This document shows positions 39,480-53,770 of a stretch of DNA of 64,000 nucleotides, piece by piece. The position numbers and the translations under genes are program-made. Within the stretch, counting starts at the first letter, position 1; every line of letters starts with the position of its first letter. The notes under the pieces were generated by a model, which made no database searches, was not told where the DNA came from, and saw only the letters and a program-made list of their open reading frames with translations. The stretch is from Mobula hypostoma (Eukaryota), in contig NC_086097.1 in NCBI RefSeq assembly GCF_963921235.1, positions 205,222,001 through 205,286,000 of the forward strand, read 5' to 3'.

Positions 39480-41570
39480 TAGTTCACCATCGTTTTGGGA
39501 GATTTTAACCAGGCCAGTCTGAAAAAAAAAATCACTAAGCAATTACCATCAACAGATCATTTGCTATACCAGAGGAAACAACACACTGGACCATTGTTAC
39601 ACCACCATCAAGAGTGCCTACCATGCTATTCCACACCCTCATTTCGGGAAGTCTGATCAGCTGGCTGTATTTCTATCCTTGCGTATAAGCAGAGACTGAA
39701 GACTGTAGCACCAGTAGTGAGGACCAAGAAGGTATGGACAAGGGAAGCACAGGGGCACCTACCAGACTGCTTTGAATCCGTGGACTGGACTGTATTCAGG
39801 GATATATCTTTGAAACTGGATGAGTATGCTGCAGTTGTTACCGACTTCATTAAAAGCTGTGTGGATAAGTGTATGCCTACAAAGACCTAATGTACATTTC
39901 CAAAACAAAAGTCATGGATGAACCAGGAGATACGTCATCTGCTGGAGGCTAGGTCTGTGGCATTCAAGTCTAGAGACCCAGGCCTGTACCAGAAAACCAG
40001 GTATGATTTGTGGAGGGCTATTTCAAGGGTGAAGAGACAATTTCGAACAAGGTTGAAGGTGACATCGAATGCACAACAACTCTGGCAGGGTTTGCAAGAT
40101 ATTACTTCCTACAAAGCGAAACCCAATAGCATGAATGGCAGCGATGGTTCACTACCAGATGAACTCAACACCTCCTATGCACACTTTGAAAGGGAGAACA
40201 CAACTACAGTTGTGAAGATCCCTGCTGCACCTGATGACCCTGTGATCTCGTCTCAGAGGCCGATGTTGGGCTGTCTTTAAAGAGAGTGAACCCTCACAAG
40301 GCAAAAGGTCCCGATGGAGTAGCTGGTAAGGCTCTGAAAACCTGTACCAACCAACTAGGGGGGAGTATTCAAGGACATATTCAACCTCTCACTGCTACGT
40401 TTGAAAGTTCCCACTTGCTTCAAAAAGGTAACAGTTATACCAGTGCCTAAGAAGAATAATGTGGGCTGCCTTAATGACTTTCTCCCGGTAGCACCCACAT
40501 CGACGGAGATGAAATGCTTTGAGAGGTTGGTCATGACTAGACTGAACTCCTGCCTCAGCAAGGACCTGGACCCATTACAATTTGTCTATCGCCACAATAG
40601 GTCAATGACAGACACAATTTCAATGGTTCTCCCCACTGCTTTAGACCACCTGGACAACACAAACACTTATGTCAGGATGCTGTTCATCGATTATAGTTCA
40701 GCATTTAATGTCATCATTCCCACAGTCCTGATTGAGAAGTTGCAGAACCTGGGTCTCTGTATCTCCCTCTGCAATTGGATCCTTGACTTCCTTACCGGAA
40801 GACCACAGTCTGTGTGGATTGGTGATAACATAACCTCCTCGCTGACGATCAACACTGGTGCACCTCAGGGGTGTGTGCTTAGCCCACTGCTCTACTCTCT
40901 ATATACACATGACTGCGTGGCTAGGCATAGCTCAAATACCATCTATAAAATTCACTGATGATATAACTATTGTTGGTAGAATCTTAGGTGGTGAGGAGAG
41001 GGTGTACAGGAGTGAGATATGCCAACTAGTGGAGTGGTGCCACAGCAACAACCTGGTACTCAACGTCAGTAAGATGAAAGAGCTCATTGTGGACTTCAGG
41101 ACGGGTAAGACAAAGGAACACATGTCAATCTTCAAAGAGGGATCAGAAGTGGAGAGAGCGAGCAGTTTCAAGTTCCTGAGTGTCAAGATATCTGAGAACC
41201 TAACCTGGTCCCCACATATCGATGTAGTTATAAAGAAGGCAAGACAGCAGCTATGCTTCATTATGGGTTTGAAGAGACTTGGCATGTCAACAAATACACT
41301 CAAAAACTTCTATAGATGTATGTACCATGGAGAGCATTCTGACAGGCTGCGTCACTGTCTGGTATGGAGTGTGGGCTACTGCACAGGACTGAAAGAAGCT
41401 GCATCCTGAGTACTTGCCTACAAAGTACCCAGGACATCTTCAGGGAGCGGTGTCTCAGAAAGGCAGCATCCATTATTAAGGACCTCCAGCACCCAGAGCA
41501 TGCCCTTTTCTCACTGTTACCATCAGGTAGGAGATACAGAAGCCTGAAGGCACACACTCAGCGATTCAGG
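39480..41570 (+). mobile_element. Rex1/Babar LINE fragment (end of APE plus RT), decayed
   Basis: GDFNQ and LDHCYT, then ORFs 39918..40280 and 40401..40958 ([33 protein letters not shown]), 40858..41409 (FTDD, LNVSKMKEL) and 41364.. (IIKDLQHP, LLPSGRRYRS). Confidence 0.92.
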
Positions 41571-43138
41571 TTGCACTTGAATCCGACGGGGACTAATAAT
41601 CTTCTGGGCAGGTTTACTAGAGCTGTTGGGAATTGTTTAAACTAATATGGTAGGAGGTAGGAAGCAATATTATAGAGCTGAGGATGAGCCAGCAAGTTTA
41701 CAAGTAGATGATGGATGTTACATGAATGCAAGGAGGACAAGCCAATGAATGGGTACAAATGCAGACAGGGCAAAAGAGTTAAATTGAAGCACAAGGCAAA
41801 ATTTAAAAGTGTGGAGAATACAGGACTGAAGGTGCTGTATTTAAATACATGTAGCATTTGGAATAAGGTGGACGAACCCGTGGCACAATTACAGTCTGGT
41901 TGGTATGGTATTGTAGGAATCATTGAGTCATGGCTGAAAGAAGGCCAGAGTTGGGAGCTTAACATCAAAGGACATACTTTGTATCAAAAGGACAGGCAGG
42001 AAGGCATGGGTGGTGGTGTGATTCTGTTTGTAAGAGATGAAGTTAAATCCTTAGAAGAAGGCGACATATGGTCAGAACATGTTGAATCTTTGTGGATGGA
42101 GTTAAGAAACTGCGATGGTAAAAAAAAATACGTTATAGGGATCATACATAGATCTCCAAATAGTAGTGAAGATGTGCGGTTGAGATTGCAAAGGGAATTG
42201 GAAAAGGCATGTAATAAGGGTAATTCCACATTTGTAATGGGGAACTTCAATATGCAAGGGGATTGGGAAAATTATGTTGGTGTCAGATCACAAAAGAGGG
42301 AATTTGTTGAATGCCTAAGATGGCTTTTTAAGAGCAGCTTGTGCTTGGGGAAAGGCCATCTTAGATTGGGTGTTGTGTAATAACCCAGATCTTACTAGGG
42401 AGCTTAATGTAAAGGCACCCTGAGGAGTCAGTGATCATAAAATGTTTGAGTTCAACTGCAATTGGAGAAGGAGAAGCAAAAGACACATGTAGCAGTTTCG
42501 TGATAGAATAAAGGGAATTACAGAGCATGAGAGAGGAGCTTGCCCAGGTGGATGGGAGGAGGATCTTGGCAGGGATGATGGCAGAGCAGAGATGGCTGAA
42601 GTTTCTGGGAATAGTTCACAAGGCACCGGATAGATATGTGCCACAGAAGAAGTTGTTCCCAAATGGCGGGTGTAGGCAATCCTGGCTGACAAGGGAAGTT
42701 AGGGACTGCGATAAAGCCAAGAAAAGGGCATATAAGGTAGCAAATGTGTATGGGAATTTTGATGATTGGGATGCTTTTAAAATCTATCAAAAGACAACTA
42801 AAAAAGCTATAAGGGAAAAGATGAAACATGAGGGCAAACTGGCCAATAATATAAAGCAGGACACTAAAATCTTTTTCAATGAATATAAAGAGTAAAAGGG
42901 AGGTGAAAATTGACACTGGACCGCTGTAAAATGATGCTGGTAAGTTAGTAATGGGGGACAAAGGAATGGTGAATGATCTTAATAACTACTTTGCAGTAAG
43001 CTTCACTGTGGAAGACACTAGCAGTGTGCCAGAGGTCTGTGAGTGTCAAGGAGCAGGAGTGAGTGCCATTGCTAATACAAAGGAAAAAATGCTTGGTAAA
43101 CTCAAAGGTCTTAAGGTGGATAAGTCACCTGGACCAGG
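41570..43138 (+). mobile_element. CR1 fragment (end of ORF1, APE and linker)
   Basis: LHLNPTGTNNL, LKVLYLNTCSIWNK, GGGVILFV, MGNFN, and LKVDKSPGP in ORFs 41715..43205. Confidence 0.9.
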
Positions 43139-43139
43139 A

Positions 43140-43716
43140 GATTATACAATACACCAGATACGATTAAATAGTTTACAGTTTATAGATATTACTGGAACTA
43201 TATAATTAATAGAGAATAAAATATAAAAGGAAAATAAAAGGCGCCACACTTATCAAAGTTCAATCTCTTCGTGCACAAAAAAAGTTGGAGCTCAGGACCC
43301 TTCTTCTTCACCCTGCAACCTCTCGGACCACCTCGACCGGCCGCCTGGGACCAACAACGGTGGTCGGCCAGACGCTCCACATGAATCCGTCTCCGTCTCC
43401 CCTCCTCGCCGAACGTGCTCCTCCGGGTCCGACCCCATTAGCGGACATCACAGCACCTGCTCCATCCTCTGTCTCTCTCTCCTGCCTTCTGTCTCAAAAC
43501 CCCGCGCATACAAATCTTCCAGATACACCAAAGTCATAACAACTATCCCAATTGGTTCATTCGTCATCATATCAATAGATAATACAAAACAAACTGCTAG
43601 CGGGAAGGACTTTCTCAGCGTATAACAAAACAAAGAAGCATTCCTAAGCATAGCATAACAAAGCAGCCATTTTTTTTAGCCTCCGCAGTAACATAAAAGA
43701 CGAAACCCCCTTACAC
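43140..43716. mobile_element. Solo-LTR-like fragment
   Basis: Non-coding, CpG-rich block ending in ...acccccttaca, with abrupt junctions to CR1 sequence. It shares a gtgcac(n)aagttggagctca motif with 19452-20200. Confidence 0.5.
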
Positions 43717-45139
43717 AAGCATGTGGTAAATAGGAGTGACAGACAAGCCTTGATAGAGAAGTAGATACTATAAAGAAAATGGTCTAAGACGACTGACGTC
43801 TTATTATTCGGGAGGTTGAGTCTACGATAATACAGTTTCTGGACTGTATTTCTCCCATCTGAATCATCACTCATGATTCTGATAGAAGGGTTAAGTATAA
43901 TATATTCAAATTTGCTGATGATCAAAAGCTTCATGACACTATGTGTTGTGTGGAGGAGATAGAGAAGTTGCAATGAATATAGACATGTTGTGAAAGGGAA
44001 AATGGAATATAATGTAGAATGATGTAAAGTCATCATTTTGATAGAAATTGAAAATTGTTGGTGCTCAGCGGGACCTATGTATATTTTTACATGAATCACC
44101 ACTACAATATTCAGGCATATCGAGGCAGTAGAAAGCTTTGTGGAAGAGAATTTAAGTACAAGAGTTAATATATATGTCACTTCAATAGTATTGAGTTGTA
44201 GTGAGAGTGCATCTAGTAAATTGTACCCAGGTTCTAGTCTCTATCTCAAATAATGCATTTGCAATAAATGGAGTATATTGAAGTTCCAACAATTTCATAG
44301 GAGAATATGCACTATAGAGATTAAGATTCTACATGCAGGCCAATGGGACTACAGGAAAAGTTTCGGCACAGACTAGAAGGGCCAAATGGCCTGTTTTCTG
44401 TGCTGTAGTGTTCTATGGTTCTATGGTACATATTCAGAGTCCAAAGTACAAAATATATAGTTGTTTATAGTATATATACTGTATACAGCCTTGAGATTCA
44501 TCTCCTTACAGGCAGCCACAAAACAAAGGAACCCAAAAGAACCCATTAAAAAAGTGGACTGTCATATACATAATATGCAGGGAAAATAAACAAATCGTGC
44601 AAACAATAAAAGTAAACAAATAACATTCGGCATTCACAGCCACAAAGCCAGTCACAGCCAATCCTGGAGCCGGTCAGTTGCAGGCCACAGCCTCAGTTCA
44701 GCACAGAACCAAGCAAAACTCACCAAGCAGCAAGCTGAACACCAGCCTGTCCTTTGCCTCCGGCCCTGACACCTTAACCTGCTCAATCTGGTCCACCGCT
44801 TAAATCAAGCAAACAGTGGGTCATTGCTTGCTCTCAGACCCAGGTCCTGGTGCTTCGATACACTCTTAGGATGCACACCTACTGTCTCAATCTGGCCTGT
44901 AATCGACCAGTCCAACCTGGCCCTGTCTGATCCTGGTACAACTCTCAGATCCCATGTTGTCAACTCAGTAACTCAATCCACCAACCATCACTCACTTCCA
45001 GAAATCTGTAAGCCAAGAGCTAAGGTAGTTAGTAGTAAGTTAGACAGTAAAATACAATAACCTCCATCTGAATATTGCAACTAATAAAGGTTTCCAGAAG
45101 GTTACTTACATCTAATTGGATGCAGGCTTTCTTTCCGGC

Positions 45140-45890
45140 ACAGTAAATGGTAGGGCATTGAAGAATGCAGCAGAACAAAGGGATCTAGAAATAATGGTGC
45201 ATAGTTCCCTGAAGGTGGAATCTCATGTGGATAGGGTGGTGAAGAAAGCTTTTGGTATGCTGGCCTTTATTAATCAGAGCATTGAGTATAGGAGTTGGGA
45301 TGTAATGTTGAAATTGTACAAGGCATTGGTAAGGACAAATTTGGAGTATTGTGTACAGTTCTGGTCACCGAATTATAGGAAAGATGTCAACAAAATAGAG
45401 AGAGTACAGAGAAGATTTACTAGAATGTTACCTGGGTTTCATCACCTAAGTTACAGAGAAAGGTTGAACAAGTTGGGTCTTTATTCTTTGAAGCATAGAA
45501 GGTTGAGGGGGGACTTGATAGAGGTATTTTAAATTATGAGGAGGATAGATAGAGTTGACGTGGAAAGACTTTTTCCATTGAGAGTAGGGGAGATTCAAAC
45601 AAGAGGACATGAGTTGAGAGTTAAAGGGAAAAAGTTTAGGGTTAACGTGAGGGGAAACTCCTTTACTCAGAGAGTGGTAGCAGTGTGGAACGAGCTTCCA
45701 GCAGAAGTGGTTGGGGCAGGTTCAATGTTGTCATTTAAAGTTAAATTGGATAGCTATATGGACAGGAAAGGAATGGAGGGTTATGGGCTTGGTGCAGGTC
45801 AGTGGGACTAGGTGAGAGTAAGAGTTCGGCACGGACTAGAAGGGCTGAGATGGCCTGTTTCTGTGCTGTAATTGTTGTATGATTATATAG
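45140..45890 (+). mobile_element. Young 5'-truncated CR1 3' end
   Basis: ORFs 45116..45532 and 45536..45811 are in the same frame with a single nonsense codon between them (LEYCVQFWSPNYRKD, FTQRVVAVWNELP). A 3'UTR and tail follow. Confidence 0.92.
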
Positions 45891-48336
45891 AGAGCAGACT
45901 GAAGCATCAAATCTTATTGAGTCATTGACTTATACAACACAGAACTAGGCCCAATTTATCAATGCTGACATTGGTTTTGGAATTCATGTCTTAAATAAAT
46001 TAAGTTAAATCTTAATTAAGTAGCAATTTAAGCCAGAGATTGGAGTGCCAATCAAGTGGATTGCTTTATGAAAACAGAAAATTTGGAATGCTTGGCAGAT
46101 TAGGCAAGATTGTGCAAAGAGCAATACAGTCAATTATTTAATCCTTGAACTAAAACATTAACCCTCTTCCTCACTCCACAAATGCTGCCCACTGTGCTGA
46201 GTTATCCAGCATTTTCTGTTTATATTTTAGCCCACCAGCTATTGTGTTTTGCTTTTAGATTCCTAGCAGATTGCTTTATTTCACAGCATCAGGACTTAGG
46301 CATTGTTGAAGCAGTACCCATCTTAGGTGGACATCACAAGTGCTAACACAAAACAAAATCCATAATTTAGTCAGTCCATGAGTCATCAACATAAACCTTT
46401 TGGGAGAAGAGGTGGTGGTGGAAATGGATGTTACTTATCATTGTCTAAATCTGTTACAAATTTAATTAACCTCAGAAGCTGAATACCTTCATAGCAAGTA
46501 GTTCTTCCCATTTACAAACATTACAGGTGTTCATTAAATGATCCACTCGAGCAAATTTGCAGTCAAGGACACCAATTGGTATTTAGGTAAGAACAATTAT
46601 AACTATAAGGACTACTCAGTGAGTTCAGAAGGGTACTTAAATACTTCCTCTTGATTCATTGAAATACTGAGCGTCAGCATCTATAAACAGTCATTGTTTC
46701 TCTCAGTCAAGGAATATACTTGGTACCCTGTTTGGAAATTGTTGCCAGATCTCATAACTCCAATGCATTTAGCATTTCAATCGACATGATTAAAGATGTA
46801 AGCACATATTTTGACTGCCATCACCATATACAACTTCTCTGCCAAAGATACAATGTTGTAGTTGTGCATACAACAATAATTTTGAAGTATGTTAATACAC
46901 CTCTGCCCTTTAGGTTCTTCTTTAGTATATAAAGACATGAACCATTTTATGTCGTGTATCTTACTGTGCCACACCCTGTCATGTGAGATTATCCTTACAT
47001 TTGCAAAGTTTTCTCAACTCTGATAGTGGTTCTGCCTGTGGGAATAGACTCATTGCACTGTCTCTGTGTATTAGTGTTGTATTTCTGATACAAACTCTGC
47101 CTATACAGTAAGTCACTATTTTAAATCTTTGAACCAACTTTAGGAAACACTGATATTATTAACATTAAATCATGATTCAGAAGGGCAACCAAGCAATTGA
47201 AAGTTAATACAAGCAACATTAATTTTTGCTGAGACAGATTCTGTAAAGTAGTATCTCTATTTGTCATGACATTGCACAGGTCATTTCCTCTCCATAGATA
47301 CCATGAAGGTTATCTGAGGAATGCACAGGCATAAAAACAAGAGGGCACAAAATATTTTCCAAAATATCCAAAATACTTTCTTTCCCTTTACCTGCACAGA
47401 TTTTGCTTGACCTGTTGAGTTTTTCCAGTGGTTTGCTTTTTTGCTTCACTAGCCACTAGCGACTCTCATATAGGCCAGGAACTGGTGCTGGTGCTGCCAT
47501 CTGGCTGCCGGATGACTGACACTCAGATTCCCTTGATGAGCTGGTTCCACACTGCAAGGTACCAACTGGTGTGTCTGAAGTCTGGCTAAGTTGGCTTGGA
47601 AGCTCTGGCAATGAAGCGTGTGGGAATCAGAAGCCATGGGAGATAACTTGGCAACATGAGACAGGACAAGAATCTCAACCCCTACATGACCAACTGATCC
47701 GTAAAGGATCCTGACAGACAACAATATGCTCATTTGATGTTGATTAATTTCATGACTTGCAATAACTTTAAGAAACCTGATAAAGCTAAGGGAAAAGAAG
47801 ATTTCTATCCTGCAGTGCACAGAGCTGCTGATCCTGAGATCCAGCCTCCTGATGGTTTAAGGTTAGTGCACTGGGACTAGGTCTCAGCAGAGGCAGAAAC
47901 ATCCTCTGTCAATTGCTGTGTTTCATAACTATTGCCATTACTAGCACAGAAAGGTGAATCACTTCCAACATGGAACTGAAGTTCTATTGTCTATACACCA
48001 GCTCCTATGAAAATATTGATACTCTGAATTCCTCCACACTCTGGACCATCGTATGGAGCCAAATACTGTACCAATCATTGTAAGTGAACCAAGAGCATGC
48101 TCCTAATGGTCCAGAGAGTGAAACTAGAACCAGATGAGGAAAAGATGATGGGCAGATATAACTGGAGCAGGGTTTTTAGGGATTGGAGGGTATATAAACG
48201 ATAGGCCAAGGAATAGAAGCCCAAGTGGGTAGGCGATGTGTGAATGAAGTAAGACAGGGAGGGTAACAAATCCAGGTACTGGGGTAGAATTAAGTGGAAA
48301 TAGAAAAAGATGAACAAAGGGAAAGACAGCCTAGAT

Positions 48337-51151
48337 CAACGATTCCCAATGGGAGTGGTTATGTGTTCTAAGGGGGCATTAGGGGAAATAGTATTCGTCG
48401 GGGAATGTTCAAGTTTCTTGGAGGGGGAGCAGTAAGCGGCCTACTAAGTTGATGCACAAGACCTGACCAACCGTTAGTAGAGCGGGCACTTACAAAAAAA
48501 AGGATGAGGGACTGGAACACAGGAAGAACCACAGCTCTGCAGGTGGAGAGCACTCATCATCACAACATGTCTGAAACTCAGCAATCTCATTCCACCTTAC
48601 CAACCAAACAGACATTATTGGGGATGCAACCAGAGTGCCAGAAAGATCCCCTTGACTTGCAGCATGGAACGAGTTCATGCGATTTAAAGGTTGGTAAGTC
48701 AAGTAAACACTCACAGCTTTCTCTACAGATCTACAGAAAACAGGTTACATAACAATGCGGTGCTGGCCGGAAATCAGTGAACTTGCTGACCCTGAGGATT
48801 CCTCTTGAGGTGTTCAAAGTGACCTCTGCTTCATATGTGCAGTCAAGAACAATCATTAAGAATGAGACCTTACATGATTGGTCAATCGCACTAACTGGAA
48901 TAGTGTAAAGGTAGCTTGCCAAACACCAGCGCTATACCAACTACAATTCAGATTCTAATCTGAATTTTTGACAGCATAATTTTCACTGATGTGATCATCT
49001 TTGCCTCGCCGTTCCTTGGCGTACTGCTACCATCATTCCATCCGTGTAAACTCGCTGTCAACATCAACATCCGACAAGCATTCCCAGTTTGTGTTAATTT
49101 TTTATTTTAATTTAGCCCCATTAATGATGGATAAATACGTACAGCACGATCTTTATTAGTTTGAAGGTGGTGAATTCTAATCCTGCTAAGAAATAGAAAC
49201 TAGAGAAAGTGCGTAAATTCAATGTTGTATACTTGGAGTACGGTTTTATCTTGTTCCCGTCAGATCAGCAATGCCCCATGTAATACTGTATTGTCTAATA
49301 AAGCCATGAAACCATCAATATTGCAGGAGCACTTACGTAAAAGACACCCTGAAAAGGCTACTTATGGTATTACTCAGATTCAGAAGATGAAAGAAGCATT
49401 TGAGAACCGTTGTGCACTCAAGCCAAGAAAGATAAAATGACCTTGATAGTGGTCTCATTGCTTCTTCTAACATTTTCAAAATGATAGCAAAGTGTGGAAA
49501 ACCTCATACAATTGGTGAAAGATTAATAAGGCCTGCTGTATCTGAAGTGCACACCACTGTTCTCAAAATAGATACCAGTATTTTAAAATCAATTCCCCCA
49601 AGTAATAACTCTGAAGCTCATGATATTCACAAAATGAGTGAAAACATTGAGTATCAACTATGCACAGAACTATAAAAAACAGAATTTGGGATACATTTGG
49701 ATGAGTCAACTGGCGAGAAAATAAGGCATTGCTAATGGAATATGTATAGTTTATCAAAAATGGAAAAGTTTATGAAAATATTCTCTTTTGTAAAAAGTTA
49801 AAAACAACAATGGAGAATCAATCTATGATGAGCACAAAATCTATATTGAGGATAAAAGTATTCTGATGAAGAACATGATTTCTTGTAAAACAGATGGAGC
49901 ACTATTCTGGCTTATGAAAAATAAATTCCAAGTCTGTTTGCAATCCATTGTATAATTTATTGTCAACATCTCATAGCCAAAAACTTCAGCCAGTTACTTT
50001 TTTCAAGCATGAATCTTGTAATATTTCTTATCAACAAAGTTAAAGCTCATCCATTAAATATCAGAATATTTCACCAGTTATGCCAACATAACGTTGAAGA
50101 GTTTGAATGCTTGCTTTTTCACACTAAAGTGCATTAGCTGTCAAAATGCTGCTGCTTAAAATGTTTCTTCGATTTTTTTGACCCTGTGGTTGAATCTTTT
50201 TCTCAAAGTCGACAAGAGCTTGAGAAATAAGATTGAACTTCTATGTGGAGATGTGGTATAGCTAGTTAATCTGTATGACAAGATGAATATTCTAATTATG
50301 AAACTGTAGGGTGAGAATTTCAATTTAGTCCAGACTAAAAGTGCAGTGTCCACTTTTATCAGAAAATTGAAAATACATAAGCAAAACATAGGAGAATAAT
50401 GTTCTCACAGTTTCCCTGCATGGAAAGTATGGTCCTCTCTTTCATAGATGGTGATTCGCAAGAGTACTTCTTACACCTGCAGTCACTGAAGAAAGATTTT
50501 CGGAATTGATTCAATGATTTGAACAATCTGGAAATTCTGGACTGGCTAATTAACCCATTTCTTTGCAAGATAGAAGAACAGGGACAGAGCTTGCATGAAG
50601 AAATTATCGAAATTCAGAATGATGAAGAAGCAAAAATGCTTTTCAACAATGTCAACTTTTGTAGTATGTGGCTAAACCGTCATATGAAATTTCCTGGTCT
50701 TTGGAGAAGAGCCAAACTGCTCTTCATTGCATTTCCATCTCCCTACCTTGTTGAAGGAGGCTTCTGTGCAATGAACCACATACTCACAAAAAACAGAAGC
50801 TGCTTGGACATTGTTACGTGTGGAGACTTAGGATTTTTGCTATCACAAATTGAACCAAATATTTCAACTCATGCTAAAAACCATTAAGCTCAAGGATCTC
50901 ATTGATATCAAAGCTGCTGTACAGGACATAGGTACTATGTAAGCTAGGTTTAAAGACAAATAAAAATTTAAAGTAGAATCATCTTTCTCATGTTAGCATA
51001 TGGTAGATATGTTTTTACACTGTGGGGGCACTGGAAAATATATTATGCCTAAGAGGGATATTGGCAAGTATGAAGGTGCTTTACGGGGGCATTGGTAAGC
51101 ATGAAAGTGCTTTAGGGGAGCACTAGGCTGAAAACAAGTGGGGAAACACTG
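48337..51151 (+). mobile_element. Full-length hAT DNA transposon (Buster/Charlie group), inactivated
   Basis: Perfect 8-bp TSD gcctagat at 48329-48336 and 51152-51159. Imperfect TIRs: caacgattcccaat versus revcomp cagtgtttccccac. Contains an internal transposase pseudogene. Confidence 0.92.
49190..50905 (+). pseudogene. Buster-type hAT transposase remnant (ZBED5/SCAND3-like)
   Basis: BED-finger-like C..LSNKAMKPS.L..HL...HP, KPHTIGERLI.PA, LDEST (about 49698), TDGA (about 49890), IHC...QHL, LLFHT.V..LS, FPSPYLVEGGF, terminal QGSH*. Many stops and frameshifts. Confidence 0.9.
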
Positions 51152-51744
51152 GCCTAGATGAACCAGTAGGAATGGGAAATGAATATTGGTGGTATCTCTG
51201 TTGAATGTTTATATCTCAGATTGCATCTTGAAGTAAGTTCCAAGATTATGGAACAGTCCCATTAAAATGGCATGCTGCAGCCCAAAGGAAGTTCTGGTAG
51301 GTGGGCCTTCTGTAATCATCAACTTTTTTCACTCCTTTCAGATGTCTATTGGCCAAAAGCAGTTCAGTGGAATATGTAGTAAAGACATTGTATGCACTTG
51401 GTTAATGCAATGATATATGAAAGGTGCACTAATTGAGACTGATTGTAAAGAAACCCATGGATTCTAAGTTCAGTCCTCTAGGTAAGATCCTTTGTACTTG
51501 ATAGGTAAAGTCGTGGTACTGAGCATAGGGATATTGCTACCAGATTTTAGAGAAGCTCTCTTCTTCTGATATGCAGAGGTCTTCTGCATCTAGCTTGTTC
51601 ATTAGTCTTACCTCATGAGCTGTCAACCTTCTGTGTTGAAACAGACTCCTTTTAACAGAGTGTACAGCCTCCACTCCCTGGTAACCTTCACCTGCAAAGT
51701 GTTACCATTGTAAAAGATAGTTGAATAGAAGTGACTATTCAACA

Positions 51745-53770
51745 AGTTATGGAGTCATAGAAAAGTACAGCAAAGAAACAGATCCATCAGCCAGTCTAAT
51801 CCATGCCAAACCATTTAAACAGCCTACTCCCTTTGACGTGCACCAGGACCATGGTCCTGTATATGCCTACTATCCATGTACCTTTTCAAAATTTTCATAT
51901 ACGTTGAAATTGAGCTCACGTGCACCACATGCTGGCAGCTCATTCCACACTCTCACACCCTCTGTGAAATCAAATCGTTTATGATTACTTAACAATATAT
52001 ATGTATGTAATGTATATAACCATATAATGTATATAGAATTGAGACAACATTTCTTCGAACCAGGGTGTAAAACACAGTAGTACACATAACACACATAGCT
52101 CACGATAACTTATGAAGGTAAGGATAAAATCTACAGATGAATCACATAAATAATGAACTAGAGTGCATTAATATTAAATATCGTAAGGTATGGAACAGAT
52201 TAACTAGTGACACTTTGAATACAATGTGGCAGGATATCAGAAGCCTTGTGGCCTGGGGGAAGAAACCGTATGTCATTCTAACTGTTCTTTGTTTCATGCA
52301 TCATAGTCTCCTGCCTGACGGTAGAAAGTCAAAGAGGATATTGGATGGATGGGTAGGACCTTTAATAAAACTTAGGACCCTAAATCCGGATAAATGTCTG
52401 CGATGGATGGTAGAGACCCCTAAGATTCTCTCAGCTGTTCGCATGTCCTTTGTAGGGACTACTGGTCCAGTCCTTGACTGCTCCCAGAACAGATGGAGAT
52501 GCAACTTATCAGCAAGCTCTCAGTGGTGCTCCTGTAAGATGCTGTAAGATGGGGGTTGGGAGCCTTGCTTGTCTCAATCTTCTTAGAGAGTGGAGGCGCT
52601 ACAGTGCCTTCTTGTGCAGGTAAGTGACATTAAGTGACCAGGTGATGTGAACTCCCAGGAACTTAACTCTCGCTATGGAGGAACCATGCATTCGCAGAGG
52701 GAGATGGTTTGCCTGCATCTTCCTGATGTCTAGAATAATTTCTGTGATCTTCTCCACATTCAGATTTAGGTTGTTCTTCTCAAACCAATCCACCAGTTGC
52801 TCCACTTCCACTTAATACTCTGTCTTGTCATCGATCCTGATAAGGCCAACCACTGTTAAGAAGTTTCCCCTTATGTTACCTTTAAACTTCCCACTTTTCA
52901 CCCTTAACCCATGATTTCCAGTTGTAATTCCATCCAACTTCAGTGGAAAAACTTTACATGCATTTACTTTATCTATACCCCTCATAATTTTGAATACCTC
53001 TATCAAATATTCTCTCAATCTTCTATGTTCCAAGGAATAAAGTCTTAACCTATCCATTCTTTTCTTATACCTCAGGCCATCCAGTCCCAGCAACATCCTT
53101 GTAAATTACTCTTTCCACATTATTTACATCTTTCCTGTAGGTAAGTGACCAAAACTGCACACAGTACTCCAAATTAAGCCTCACTCATATCTTATACAAC
53201 TTCAACATAAGATCCCATCTCCTGAACTCAATGAAAGCCCATGTGACAAAAGCTTTTTTTATGACCTGTGACACCCCTTTCAATGAATTATGAATTATGG
53301 ACCTGTATTCCCAGAACCTTTTGTTCTACCACACTCCTCAGTGCCTTACTGTTCACTCTGTAAGACCTACCCTCGTTGGTCCTACCAAGGTGCAAAACCT
53401 TGCACTTGTATGCATTAAGTTCCATCTGCCATTTTTCCAGTTGCACAAGATCCCTCTGCAATCCATGATAGCCTTCCTCGCTGTCCACTACATCTCCAAT
53501 CTTGGTATCACCTGCAAATTTGCTGATCCAATTAACTATATTGTCATCCAGATCATTGATATAGATGACAAACAACAACAGACTCAGCACCGATCCCTGC
53601 GGCACTCCACTAGTCACAGGCTTCCATTCAGAAGCCAACATCTACTACCACTCTCCGGTTTCTTCCACAAAGCCAATGTCTAATCTGATTTGCTACCTCA
53701 AATTGAATGCCAATTGATTCATCCTTTTTGACCAGCATCCCATGCGGGACCTTGTCAAATGCCTTGCTCT
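51745..53770 (-). mobile_element. CR1 (RT through tail) split by a Rex1 remnant at about 51966-52855
   Basis: KAFDKVPH, GVPQGSVL, FAGDTK, LYSLEHRRLR, GNF. The EGVRVWNELP continuation lies at 51870-51965. Confidence 0.85.
51966..52855 (-). mobile_element. Degraded Rex1/Babar 3' part nested in a CR1
   Basis: NNLNLNVEKITEIILD and KFLGVHI (52599..52811); IKGPTHPSNILFDFLPSGRRL (52301..52504). Confidence 0.8.

Noticed and set aside
49190..50905. Domesticated ZBED/SCAND3-like gene
   Set aside because: It has numerous stops and frameshifts and is still bounded by TIRs and a TSD.
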